Shown piece by piece: positions 24,219 to 37,900 of a stretch of DNA of 64,000 bases. The notes under the pieces are model-generated. The model was not told the DNA's origin, ran no database searches, and was given only the letters and a program-made list of their open reading frames with translations. Within the stretch, counting starts at the first letter, position 1, and every line of letters begins with the position of its first letter. Source of the stretch: Azolla caroliniana. Taxonomy: Eukaryota; Plantae; Polypodiophyta. The translations under genes and the position numbers were made by a program. The stretch spans positions 11,594,001 to 11,658,000 of the forward strand of contig JBHGNT010000008.1 of assembly GCA_043228905.1 (NCBI GenBank), in the 5' to 3' direction.

Positions 24219-24257
24219 GTCCGGCCAAAATAGGAGCCATTTGGTTGGACCATCCTA
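24206..24257 (+). promoter_or_regulatory. -1 programmed ribosomal frameshift signal (slippery site plus H-type pseudoknot)
   Basis: G TTA AAC 24206-24212; 6-nt spacer; stem 1 GTCCGGCCAAA 24219-24229 / TTTGGTTGGAC 24240-24250; stem 2 TAGGA 24231-24235 / TCCTA 24253-24257; -1 frame is open into pol. Confidence 0.8.
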
Positions 24258-27200
24258 GATATGTAGAATCTGTACCTAGTTGTGGTTCCATTTCATCAAA
24301 TCAAGTTAGTAGAGTTTTTTCTGCACAAGTCAAGCTTAGCACATCTACAGTTCATCGAGTCCTAGCCTCTACCCTCCTACATTCTGGAGCCAATTCTTGT
24401 TTCATGGATCGCGAATTTGCATTGACCCAAAACATCATCTTGAACAAGCTCCCAAACCCAGTAGCTGTAGGAGTGATTGATGGTCGCCCTATAGCATCAG
24501 GTGATATAGTTGAAGAGTCTGAATCAATTCGTGTAGTCCTAGGTAATTTTGCTAGTATCATCTCATTCAACATCATTAGTAGTCCAGAGCACTCTCTAGT
24601 TCTTGGTCTTCCTTGGTTTGAGTTACATAACCCAACTATTGATTGGAGAAAAAGAACTATTGAAGAGTTCATAGTACAATCCGAGTCTCTTGAAACTCCA
24701 ACAAAGGATCTAGGATCCCACATGATTTCAACAATCTCCATACATCAGTTACGAGAGGATGGAAGGAAGGAAGACATGATGGTGTTTGCGGTTTTAGCAA
24801 CTCCCTCATCTACCTCACAAGAATTGGGGGTCCAATTACCAAAGAAGTACATAGAATTCTCCGATGTGTTCGATAAGGTGAAGGCTAATAGATTACCAGA
24901 GCATCGACCCTATGATTGCCCAATTGATTTGCAGCCAGGAAAAGAGCCTCCATGGGGGCCAATTTATAACCTTTCGCCCACGGAGTTAGAGGTTCTTCGA
25001 GAATATATAGATGAGAACCTGGCAAATTGTTTTATCCAACATTCAAGATCTCCTGCTGGTGCACCCATCTTTTTCGTTAAGAAGAAAGATGGTACGCTTC
25101 GTATGGTCGTGGATTATTGGGGCTTGAATAAAGTCACTATTAGAAACCGATATGCTCTACCATTGATCTCAAGCCTTCTAGAACGCCTCAGTGGAGCCAA
25201 GTTTTTCACGAAGTTAGATCTTCGAGGTGCCTACAACCTTGTTCGAATTCGTCCTAGGGATGAATGGAAGACCGCATTCCGCACTCGCTATGGTCATTTT
25301 GAATATACAGTGATGCCATTTGGTCTCACGAATGCACCAGCAGTTTTCCAACATATGGCGAATGACATTTTTCGAGACTTCCTCGATATCTTCATCATAG
25401 ATTACTTGGATGATATCTTGATCTACTCAAAAACTCAAGAGGAGAATGAGATACACGTTCGCCAAGTTTTGCAATGGTTACGAGAGTATGGTCTCTATGC
25501 AAAATTGGAGAAGTGTAGTTTCGACCAGTGTCAAGTAGAATTTTTGGGGTACAGAGTCTCTTCAAATGGCATCTCTATGGATCTATCAAAGGTTCAAACA
25601 ATTTTGGATTGGCAAACACCATAGTCTGTGCGAGATGTACAATGTTTTTTGGGGTTCGCAAACTTTTATCGCAAGTTCATCAAAGATTATTCAAAGATTG
25701 TATTGCCCCTCACTCAACTAACGCGCAAGAATCAACCATTTGTATGGGGTATAGATGCGAACTCTACATTTGAGGATTTAAAGCAAGCGTTTACATCTGC
25801 ACCAATTTTAATGCATGTCAATCCAATGAGGCGCTTTATACTTGAAGCTGATGCATCTGATTTCGCACTTGGAAGCGTACTATCCCAGATTGGTGAAGAT
25901 GGCGAACTGCACCCTGTGGCTTTTCATTCACGGAAATTTGAAGCCGCAGAAATCAACTATGAGATTCACGACAAAGAGCTTCTTGCCATTGTGGATTCTT
26001 TTCAACAATGGCGTCATTTTTTGGAGGGCTCTTCTCAACAGATTATTGTCTTCAATGATCACAAAAATCTAACATACTTCCAAAGTGCTCGAGTCTTGAA
26101 TCATCGATAAGCTCGTTGGGTGCAGTTCTTAACTCGTTTTGATTTTGTAATTCTATATCCCCCTGGGATGCAACAAGGAAAAACAGATGCTTTCTCTCGA
26201 CATTCGTATATGGAACTTCAACCAGGAGAGGCCGCATTTGAAAGTCAAAAGCAAATCCTCTTAAGTCCTGATCGTCTACGAGTAATGGCAATATATACTA
26301 TCAACACACCAGGAGATTCGAGGCTTCTTGATTCCATTCGGGAGTAGATTGCGATAGATGGATTCGCCCAAGAGGTTTTGAGTCATATTATCCCCGATCG
26401 TGCTTCCAGCTCTCAATCTAAAAATCCTCGTCTAGACTACACCCAGTTCAATTGGCATGATGGTTTGATTTTTCGACAAACTCTCTTGTATGTGCCTGAT
26501 GGTCCTTCTCGACTCAAAGTCGTGCAACAATGTCATGACACGCCAATGGCTGGACATTTCGGCATCCACAAGACTTTTGAGTTGATTTCTCGCTGATATT
26601 GGTGGCCACGGCCTCGCCATTTTGTTACGGATTATGTTCGTAGTTGTAATACATGTTACCGATCAAAAAAGCCTCGACATCATCCATATGGCCTATTACA
26701 GCCAATGCCTATTCCGGAGAGCCCATGGAAATCTATTTCCTTGGACTTTATTACGGATCTTCCACCTTCCAAGGGATTTGATTCTATTCTCACGGTAGTC
26801 GATCGTTTTACAAAGATGGCACATTTCCTTCCATGCACAAAGACCATTACTAGTCAAGAGACAGCCGATTTACTCATGCGGGAAGTGTTTCGCCATCATG
26901 GTCTTCCGGATGATATTATAAGTGATCGGGGTCCCCAATTCATCTCGAAATTTTGGCGGCACATGTTCAAACTCTTACATACTTCTTGTAAACTCTCTTC
27001 CGGCTACCATCCAGAGACTAATGGGCAAAGTGAGCGCACCAACCAAACAGTCGAACAATATCTACGTTGTTTTGTCAACTATCAACAAGATGATTGGGTG
27101 GATTTATTACATTTGGCGGAATTTGCTTACAACAACTCCGAACATTCTTCCACTGGCTATTCCCCATTTTTTGCTAACATTGGGTACCATCCTTGTTGGA

Positions 27201-27841
27201 CGATGCTTGAACATCCCGAACTCCCGAAAAACCCGACTGCTAAAGATTGGCTCACTCGACTCCAAGAAATTCAAGATATACTTTTGCATCATTTATGTGA
27301 TGCCCAAAACACTCAAAAGAAGATTGTTGATCGTCATCGGCATGATTCATCGACTACGTTTCAAGTAGGAGATCGTGTATGGCTCTTACAAGGTAGCATT
27401 AAAACCACTCGACCTTGTTACAAATTGGATTATCAACGTTTCGGCCCATATCTGATCTCTAGTAAGATCAATGACGTGACATTTCGTCTTGATCTCCCTC
27501 CTCATATGCGTCTTCACCCGGTCGTCCATGTTTCACTTTTGGAGCCCTACACAACAAGCTCTATTCTGGGTCGTCTTACACCTCCCCCACCTCCAATTGA
27601 AGTTTCCAATGGCTCTGAATATGAGGTTGCTGCTATTCTCGACTCCAAGATCATCCGCAACAAACTATATTATTTGGTTGATTGGTTAGGTTATACACCT
27701 AATGATCGAACATCGTAGCCTGCCAAGCATCTTGCTAATGCCTCCGACATGGTTGTTGCATTTCACGACAAATATCCCCATAAACCAAGTCCGAACTCTT
27801 GTCTTCCGACTCGTGGAACTCGTCATCGAAAGGGGGGATAA
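24245..27841 (+). pseudogene. pol: pol of element C (PR-RT-RH-IN-chromodomain) with several in-frame stops
   Basis: ORFs 24245-25624 (YLDDILIYS), 25628-26110, 26120-26596, 26705-27718, all in one frame and separated by TAG/TAA/TGA. Confidence 0.92.
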
Positions 27842-30800
27842 TGTCATGAAGACAACATTTTGGTTATGAAGAATCGAACCCACGACTTCTTGGTCTATGT
27901 GTTGAACCCTTAACCATTGTAATAACATATATCTTGTGTGATTATAATAATTATGTTTCTAGTTATTACAAGATATTAGAATATTCTAGAACATTCTAGA
28001 ACATTCTAGATTATTCTAGAACATCCTTTAATATTTCATGATTATATTTCTTATCATAAAATCTAAAATATTCTAGAACATTCTAGATTACTCCATAAGG
28101 ACCTATAAATAATTGTCTATACATTTGTTTCAACTCATTTGGTTCAAGACCAGTCTTTAGCCCTTAGCCTACTCATTATAATGTTGTTTCATCATAATAT
28201 AATCTCATTTCTATTTCAAGTCTTATCTCTCTCACTCACTCTCTCTCACTCTCTCTCTGTCTCACGCACACACACACACACCCTCTCTCTTTCGCTCTCA
28301 CTCTATCTTCTACCCACGAGTCTCGACAGATTCGGTTCAAATTGTCACGGATGAACAATTGGAAGACAAAGAGATGGCCAAGTTGATTAGATAGAAAGAT
28401 GGATAAGTTGATGACAATGAGTACCAATATGTATTCCATGACTGGTGTTGATCTCCTTGATGTTAACAAGGGAGATCAAGACTTTTTATACATATAGTGA
28501 TGCATGATAAGCATGCTCATGCCAAGTCATACATACTATAATATTAAGCATACTGATTCTTGCATGCCAAGTCTTACATACTGAGTCTTACATACTAATT
28601 CTTACATACCACTCTTTATACAAAGGTTTAAAGTCTAAAGTCTTTCTAGGAGAAATATATATATACAAGGACCTAAGTCTTGAATTCGACTTGATGTTCA
28701 TGACATTATCCTCCCCTTAAGTGCTGACTTCAAGAAGGTGCAGGTTTGTGAGGATATCGGAGATTAAAATCATGAACCACATCTAGGGCATTGGGTAATT
28801 TTTTTTGTAGGCTCCCAGGTGGCCTCAAAAATGGGATATCCTTTCAACAAGACCAAATACTGGAGATTTCGTCAGCTCTTGCATGAGTCTAGAATGGTCT
28901 CGACTTCATACTCATCCCCGGTTGCCAATGCCACAACGGGTGGCGGCTCGATGCTTCTTCCTGGAATTGAGGATGGATGGTAGAGCTCATGAAGAGATGC
29001 ATGGAAGACATGGTGAATTCGGTAGTGTGATGGAAGAGCAAGACAGAAAGCTACGGGGTTGACTTTGTCAACAATTTGGAATGGACCCAATCTTTTGTAA
29101 TCATGTTTGTTGCATGGACGAGTAGTCGGAATATGCCATTGTAATAGCCAGACCATGTCGCCGACTTTAAAACTAGGTGCATTCCACCAATGTCAATCAA
29201 CCTTCTCTTTGTGTCGTTCCTGAGCAATGGAGAGTTTGAGGGATAGGTCATGGTGTACTTTTTTCATCAGATGAGCTCGTTCTTCAACAGATGGATTCAC
29301 AGAACCAGCAGGGATAGCTATGTTAAAGCATGGATGGAACCCATAGTTTGCGAAGAAGGGAGAGTATTGTTGTAGGCGAACTTGGCCATTGGAAGAAATT
29401 TGATCCAATCATCTTGTTGATAACTTATCTTACATCGGAGATATTGCTCTAGAATCTGATTCACTCGTTTTGTTTGTCCATTTGTTTTAGGATGGAAGGC
29501 TGTCGAAAATTTTGTAGAAGTTCCAAGTGTCTAGAAGAGGCGTTTCAAGAAATGAGACATAAATTTGGGACCACGATCAGAGATAATGTCATCCGGGAAA
29601 CCGTGAAGGCGCACAATATTTGTTAATAAAAGATCCGTTGTTTCCATCCCTAAAATTGCCTTAGAACATGGAATAAAGTGTGCCATCTTTTTGAATCTGT
29701 CAACCACCACCAATACTGAATTGAATCCACCAATGTCTGGAAGGTCAGTGATAAAGTCCGTCGAGATGGAGGCCCATGGCCTATTTGGATTTGGCAAAGG
29801 TTGAAGTAGACCGTAGGGATGATGATGTACTACTTTGGCGCGGGCACATGTATCACATGTTTTCACGAATTCGTTAACAAGTTTCCAAGGTTGTGGCCAC
29901 CAATAACTTCTAGATATTAAACCCCAAACCCTAAACCCTTCACGATACGTATACGACAAGGACCATCTGGGACATACGTTAAGTTGTACCGGAAAAGAAA
30001 ACCATCCCAAAACATAAATTGGTTATGAATATCCCGTACCTCGCCTTTGGATGAGTTGTTGAGATTCTCCCTAATCTCTTGTGCAAATTTGTCGGTGGCA
30101 GTATTTGTGGCTATGGCATTGAGTAATGATTCATCCACGGCCATATAAGTTGCATAAAGTTGAAATTGATGTGGCTGTGATTCTTGATTGTAGGTTGCAT
30201 CCCCCGACCGAATTTCGAATTCCGAACTTCGAGATAGTGCATCGGCTTTACCATGCTGGGCACCAAGACAAAAAACAATTTCAAAGTCATAATCGGCCAG
30301 GAAGGTCGACCATCGTGCTTGCCTTCGATTCAAAATGCGAGTAGTGGTGAAGTAGACAAGGTTCTTGTGATCGGTCATCACCTGGATACGGTGTTGGGCG
30401 CCCGCCAAGTAAGGACGCCATTCTTCAAAGATGGCAATAATGGTAGAGAGTTCTTTGTCGTAAATTGGGTAGTTGATCTCGGGGGGTGTGAACTTCCTGG
30501 AATAAAAGGCAATAGGATGAAAGGAACCCGTTTTTATCTGATTGAGAGAGAATGGCACCAATGGCGAAATCAGAGGCATCAGTTTCAACTGTAAATGGTT
30601 TGGTCAGATCTGGATGAAAAAGTACTGGAGCCGAGGTAAAAGCTTTCTTTAGTGTGTCGAATGCCAGTTGGGTTGTTGGAGTCTAGCAAAAAGGGGAATC
30701 CTTCCGAGTGAGTGCTATAAGTGGTTGCGCTAGTGTAGAGAATTCTTGGATGAATCGACGATAGAAGTTAGCAAAACCCAAAAATGATTACACATCCTTG

Positions 30801-31928
30801 GTGGGGACTTCCCACTCTTAAACTGTTGCAACTTTCTTCTTATCCATAGTGAGACCATCAGATGAAATGACGTACCCAAGGAATTCAATTGAGGTTCGAT
30901 CGAATTCACTCTTCTCAGGTTTCACATAAAGTCCATGTTCTTGAAGTTGGGACAAGATAAGTAGGACGTGCTTGGTGTGCTCTATGTAGTCATGTGAGAA
31001 GATATGTCATTGAGATAGATGACCACAAATTGGTCCAGATATTCTCGAAAGATGTCATTCATCATATGTTGAAAAATAGCAGGAGCATTTGTGAGACCAA
31101 ATGGCATTACCATGTATTCAAAATGCCCGTACCTGGTTCGAAATGCCGTTTTCCACTCATCCCCAGGCTTGATACGTACCAAGTTGTAGGCGCCTCTGAG
31201 ATCAATTTTGGAGAATATACGCCCAGCTCGAAGTCGGTCGAGGAGCTCGGGGATTAGAGGTAGTGGATAGAGATTTCGAACAGTGACTCGATTGAGCCCG
31301 CGATAGTTGATACATAAGTGTAGAGTTCCATCTTTCTTTTTGACAAATAGACTAGGAGAGCCAGCTGGATATTTTGAGTGACAAGTGAATCCCTTTGTGA
31401 GATTCTCTTCAATGTATATTTTGAGGGCCTTGAGTTCAGGTTGAGATAACCCATGGATAGGGACGAAAGGAGGACAAGCACCATCTTTCAAGTCAATTGA
31501 ACAATCGTATTGGTGATGTTCAGGTAGGAGATCAACATTTTTCTTCTCAAATACATCAGAGAAATCATTGTATTTCGATGGAAAAGAGCTACTACTCTGG
31601 AGTGGACATGACCGCCATGTCCTTAGAATTACTTAGCCAAGCAAGAGTGGAATTTGTTTCCGAGGCCGACGCGGTTGGAACTATCGATGTTGTTTCTATT
31701 GGAGCAATCGTTGACATGGTTCTTGTTGAAGAGGAAATGGGAGTGACCACTAATGTGGTCCTCCTAGAGCAGAAATGGGAGTTGCCCTTGAACCATGAGT
31801 GGGAGCAACTATTGACGCGGTCCTCACCAGAGCAGAGACTAGAATTGGAGCAACCATTGCTGTGGTCCTCACTAGAGCATAAACGGGAGTTGTTCCCAAA
31901 ACATGAGTGGGAGCAACCATTGACACGA

Positions 31929-34900
31929 TGTCGTGAAGATTTTCGGCAATGGTGTGAAAATCACATAAAACGTCCAAAATTAAGTATGAATCACATAAAA
32001 CAATAATAGTGAAAATAACATTTTAAATAATGATGGAGGTCTTCAAGAGATTTCGAATGCACTTTATTACACGAGAAACAGACAACTAGATGTCAAGATA
32101 TGAGGGTATAAAGTTTGTGAAAGGAAAAGAGAAAACTGTGAGATATCCCACATAGGCACGACAAATACGGCTCTCATCATATATAACGTAGAGCAAAAGC
32201 TATTATCTTTGTGTCTATGTGTGGAGCATAGAGAGTTCAAGGTAACTTGAATTAAGAGTGGAGTTGGCCTAGCCACTCGTAAACGTTTTGGCCAACCAAA
32301 GCCGACCGGCGATGGAGCCGGTGATCCGGCAGCAGCCAGCAAAGCGATGGTGGTACACTGGCAAGCGGTGATCCGATGGAACTGACATCCGAAGGAGCCG
32401 ACGAGCCGGTGGAACTGACATCCGGCGAGGCGGCGGCCACTGGTAACCAGCGACTAGATAAATAATACAAGGAGGATAATTAAGGATTCGAACCTTGCAC
32501 CTCCAAGTTAGGAGTCAATTGACTTACCACTAAGCCAAGATATTTAGTCAAAATTATATTTCTATCATCATACTTTTACATGTAAATTCTTATGCATGAG
32601 AGCTAAAATGAGTAACATGGTTATCATGCACCACATGTAATACGCGAGCACAAAATGGCAAACATGCATAATATGCATGGGGGCATCTATAAAAGGACGG
32701 ATGAAATGTATTATGGATTCATGTATGAACTAAGAAACTAATGAGAAGAAAATTCATTGATGATATATCTTGTTTCTTAAATCAAGAGTTAAAATCTTAA
32801 TCTCAATATCTCTCTCTTGGCCATATCAATCTTTATCAATCTAAGTCAAGCATTTAATCTTAATCTCTTTCTCTCTTTGAATCTATCCTAAATACTTTCT
32901 CGCTAAGCTTGATGCAAACTTCGATCCTTCCGGTCTAGAACCTCGGCGGTTCCGCCTCGCGATCCGTGCCTAGTGACGGATCTTCACGACATAATGAAGT
33001 GGTGAACCCGACGTGAAAGAGGCGGTAGGAAGGATCAAGTCAAGGATCAACCGATACTTGGAGATGGCATCCTCAAGCAATCAAGCGGGAGAGCTCGAAA
33101 GGATGATGCTAATCGTCGAGCAAATGATGAGATCTCGGGACAACGACGCGAGCGTGGAGAAGGCTGTGGATCGTGTCGTAGAGCTCGAGGGCCAATTTGA
33201 TGGAAGGAACGTTACAAAGTTCCTTGACACATATAGAAGGGAGATGAATCAGAGGGACGTGTCCGAAGCACATCAAATCGCAAGCATCAAGAGAGTTGTC
33301 GCCAACAACATCCAAAGACGCGTCATCGAGCTTCATGAAGGTAAGACAACATGGTTCAAGTTCGAGAAAACGATACTAGCAGAGTTCGCGACTGAAGACT
33401 CAACGAGAATGACTCGACATGCCCTAATGAAGTGGATAGAGAAGAAGAATAAGAAGATGAGCGCCTCGAAGGTGTACGATGAATTCGACTAAATGTTTAG
33501 TCGTCTCCCCAACACGGACCAAGTGTTGCTTGAAGAGGACAAGACTTTGTACTTCTTGAAGGTCGTGGACATGAAGGATAGACGGGAGTTGGGGACTCTT
33601 CTCGAAGATGATACCCATGCAATGGGCTCGTAGCAGATTGGATCGCAGTGAAGGGGGCATGCAATAGGCTCAAGAAGCGTCGTCAGTGGGTTGATGACAC
33701 CAACTTGGTGAGATCGACAGTTGCAAAGAAAACAAGACAACCGAAAGTAGCTGAGCCGCCCAAACAAAGCAGCCTGGAAGAAAAGAAGATTGATGACAAC
33801 ATCATCGAAGAATTGGCAAAGAAGTTTGAGGCGATCACTCTAGCCAACATGAATCGTCGGGGGCCCAAAGGAAAAGAACCCTTTAGATGCGTGTGGTGCG
33901 ATAGCATGGACCACATGAGAAGGGATTGTGCGAGCCTTCGAGAGGCGATCCGACAAAATATTGTGTACATAGATGACAACATGATCTGCTCGAGCGAGAC
34001 TAGCAGACCCCTACGGGTGAATTTCGGAAGAGGAGGAATGAAGAAAGCTATGGAGGATGCCGATGTGACTCATGTGGATGTGATGCACTATGTTGCGTCG
34101 GTCGGAATAAGAGTCGGGAAAGACAGAAATGAAGTTGCGAAAGTGGGAGCCAAGTTTTGGTCTTCCGTTCTCGAGTATGAGAAGATGGGGAAGGTTACAT
34201 CGAACGAGGTAGAGCTTGCGAACCGAAGCGTGCAAAGCATAACCGGGTGGTCGGATTCGGTAGACGACAACACCATACTCACGGAGGTGATGTGCGACAA
34301 CCACGAGGTGTTCGTCGAAGAAAAGAGAAAAAGAATAGAAGAGCAAGGACCATCGAAAAGACATGAAACAAGGAATGCGGAAAAGAAGGACGATGCGGAG
34401 ACGAGTCGACCTTTACAAAAGGAGGAACGAGAATCAAGCCGAAAAGGGGAGCCGAGCGTACGACTTGAAGAAATGGTTCGGCACGTGAAGGTTGGTGTCG
34501 AAGACCTCGCTCGGAGGACAAGGACTATGCCTACCTATAAGCTAAGGTCGGAGATAGAGCAGACGACGGACCTAAAGAAGATTCTCGAAGAACGAGTTCT
34601 TGATAGCCACGTGACTTTGTCCTTGAGGGAATTGCTTGGCATTACGAAGGAGTTCCATGACACGATCGTGGACCTTGTAAAGAGAAAAAGACAACAATCG
34701 GAGGAGGAAGAAGAGAAGCCCCAAAAAGCAAAAATGAATGCCATAACGATGGCAAGAGACGAAGTCGATGAAGATATGGTGGACAACCACTATACTCGAC
34801 CTCATTGGGCACGAGCGACAACGGAGACGTCGGTGAAGATTGGGGAGAAGAAAGATACCGTGGTAGCTTTGATCGACCATGGCTCGGAGATCAACCTCAT

Positions 34901-37900
34901 GTCAACCGACTTCTACAAAAAAGGAAGAAGGCCAATCAATACAAACCACGGATGGAAGATTCGCGCGGCAACAAAGTCTACGGAGGACTTGTACGGAGCT
35001 TGTCCCAATGTCAAAGTTACGATCGGGGATGTGGAGATGGATCAACACTTCTTCGTACAAGAATCGGCATCGCATCTTGTCATCCTAGGGCAACCGTATA
35101 TCACATCATCTCGGATGGAGACCAAAGTGTTCGATAATGGAGCAGGCTTCACATGAATAAAGAGTCTTGACAACCAAAGATCGGTCCAATTGCTAACGGT
35201 GCGAGCCAATCATGAAAGGAATCGAGATAGTCTCGAAGGCGAATCCTCAGATTTTTAGAGCGGACTATTGAAGCATGGGACACAAATAGTCCAAGCAATC
35301 ACAAGACCCCACAAGAAAGAAGAGTGCGTGGATTGCGAGGAGAAGCAACATGTGTCACACCTAGTGGGGCATGTAAACTAGTACTACCCGACAAGAAGGA
35401 CAAGCGTCGGATACAAGAATTCGAGAAGATGTTGAAAAAAGAGAACCATAATAGAAGAAGGGGAGTTCGTGACTCATATTATGGAAGAAGCCTCATTTAA
35501 TGACACCATCGACGAAATCGAGGAAGTGTGGACTTCAGCTATCTTCACGATCATTAAATGGTTTCGGTTAACTCTGTCAACATGTATGCTATCATCGATG
35601 AATACCGACGTGGCATCTCAATGAAGGAAGTTGATATCAACACGAAATATAAAACGGTGGATAAGAAGATCAACCCAGTTGCGGCTCCGCTACCAGAGGA
35701 TAGCGGCCAAAAGATGAAGGAAGTCGCTAACGATCCAAGCTTAAGAGATCTGAAGACGATAGGTCATGTCTTCACCAAAGAGACGAAGGGGAAGCTACGA
35801 GTTGGAAAGGAGGATTTCCTTCTCCCTGAAGAGGAGCGAATGTTTCACGATATGCTTGAGATACATGGGAAGGCTTTCGCATTCTTCCCACGAGAAATCA
35901 GATGTGCCGACCCAAAGGTTATAGAGCCGATGGCGATCTTCACGGTGCCTCATGTGCCTTGGAATTTGAAACCGATACCGGTTCCAAGAGCACACCTTCC
36001 GAAGCTGATCGAGCTCTTAAAGGAGAAGGTGAGTATGGGAATTCTAGAGCCGTCGAATGCTCCTTATTCCAATAGGTGGTTCACGGTGCCGAAGAAGAAT
36101 GGATCATTGCGATTCATCCAAGATCTTCAACCCGTCAACAAGGTGACAATTCGAAATGCCAGAATCGGTCCGAGCGTGGACGAATTTGCTGAAGCGTTTG
36201 CAGGTCGGTCCATCTACTCCATTAGCGATCTCTACTCCGGATATGACCAATTCCAATTGGCGATCGACAGTCAGGACATTACAACCATGAGGACTCCAAT
36301 CGGGCTTGTGCAGATGTGTACCTTACCCCAAGGTGCAACGAACTCGGTGGCTCATATGGTGAATGCCATGAATAAAGTCTTGAAGGATTGCATCCCGAAG
36401 ATGAAGATGTCGCCCTCGACTTCTTCAAGATGGCTCAATTGTCGGCGGAAGACCAGGACACACAAACCCTCCACGCCTTCAATGAGAACGAGTACGAAGG
36501 AGAGTGGTTACTCATGGGTAGATTCCTAAGAACATTGACGATAGATGCTTCGTTGACAAAGGAGGAGGACCTACGAATCCGGAAGAAAGCTTACCGATAC
36601 TTCTTGAAGGGAGGATTCCTTTGGCGACATCCAAAAAGAAGGACAGGAATACCACGTCAAGTGGTGGTGAAGAAAGAAGAGCAAGAGACGTTGATGACCG
36701 AATTCCACGAGAGTGCTTGGGCAGGTCATAGAGGAACATGGGCGACGTTCGAAAAGTTGAAGGAGAAGTACTTGTGGCCAAGCATGTACGAAGATGTACT
36801 CCATTTCGTGTCCACATGCGAAACTTGCCAAATATATTCAAATATACGTCATCGTGACGAGTTACAACCGACATACCCACTCACCATACACTTCAAATGG
36901 ATGGTGGATCTGGTCTCGATGCCAATGGGACAAATGAAGTACTTAGTGTTGACAAGGGAAGACTTGACAAATCAAGTGGAAGGACGAGCCATGACAAATA
37001 AGACTTCAGCTGTTTGCAAATTTCTACTTGAAGAGGTTGTTTGCCGATATGGATGTGTGGGGAAGATAGTGGCCGACCGAGGGGAGTTGGATGCACACGA
37101 AGCGACGGAGATCTTTGAACAACTAGGCGTGAAGCTCTCCCTCACGACTGCCTACAATACGGAAGCGAATGGGAAGATCGAGCGAGGGCATGGACCTATC
37201 GTCAAAGCCATCGTACGAGCATGCAACAGTCGAATCGAGAACTGGCCACGACTATTACCCTATGCCTTATGGGCCGACAACACGACACACAGCTTAGTGA
37301 CAAGGTATATGCCGATGGAGCTTATGTATGGACAAAAGCCGGTAATGCCCATCGAAAGGACGATCGCCTCATGGGTAGCGATACCGTGGGAGAACGAGAT
37401 GAGCCGAGAAGAGTTATTAGGGGGGCGGATAAGGCAACTTGAAAGAAGACATGAAGATCTAAAAAAAGCGCGAAAGATGATGGAGGCAACCCGAGTAAAG
37501 AACAAAGTTCGGTTCGACAACACGCATCAACTTCGTCGCAAGAAGATTGAAGAAGGAGATTGGGTTTTGGTTTACGACAGCAGCCTTGACAATCATCACA
37601 GTACAACAAGAAAGTTCGCAAGAAGATGGTTTGGGCCGTATGTGGTGACAAGTGCCAACGATAATGCCACATACCACCTTGTAGAGCTAGACGGATCAAG
37701 GTTGGCCGTACCCATTGTGGGAAAAAGAGTAAAGATTTTCAAGAAAAGACAAGACGAGGATCCTGACCTCAATCACTTCGACAATGAACATAATAGGGGG
37801 GATGTAAATGACGACATGGAGGAATCTGATTGATCACCGTAGCCGAAATCTCACTTTCTCTCTTCTTGGCACATAACGGAGGACGTGCGGTTTTGTGGGG

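Larger units (their letters stand above)
22493..28328 (+). mobile_element. Full-length chromovirus (Tcn1-like) element C with both LTRs and 5-bp TSD
   Basis: LTRs 22493-23006 and 27842-28328 (TG...CA); TSD GATTC 22488-22492 and 28329-28333; PPT 27829-27841; gag-pol-chromodomain. Confidence 0.97.

Noticed and set aside
24245-27718. Element C as an active retrotransposon
   Set aside because: pol has multiple in-frame stops and the protease motif reads LHSGA; mutations fit methylation-driven C>T/G>A decay
32478-32545. Functional tRNA gene
   Set aside because: Acceptor and anticodon stems do not pair; kept only as a tRNA-like Pol III module
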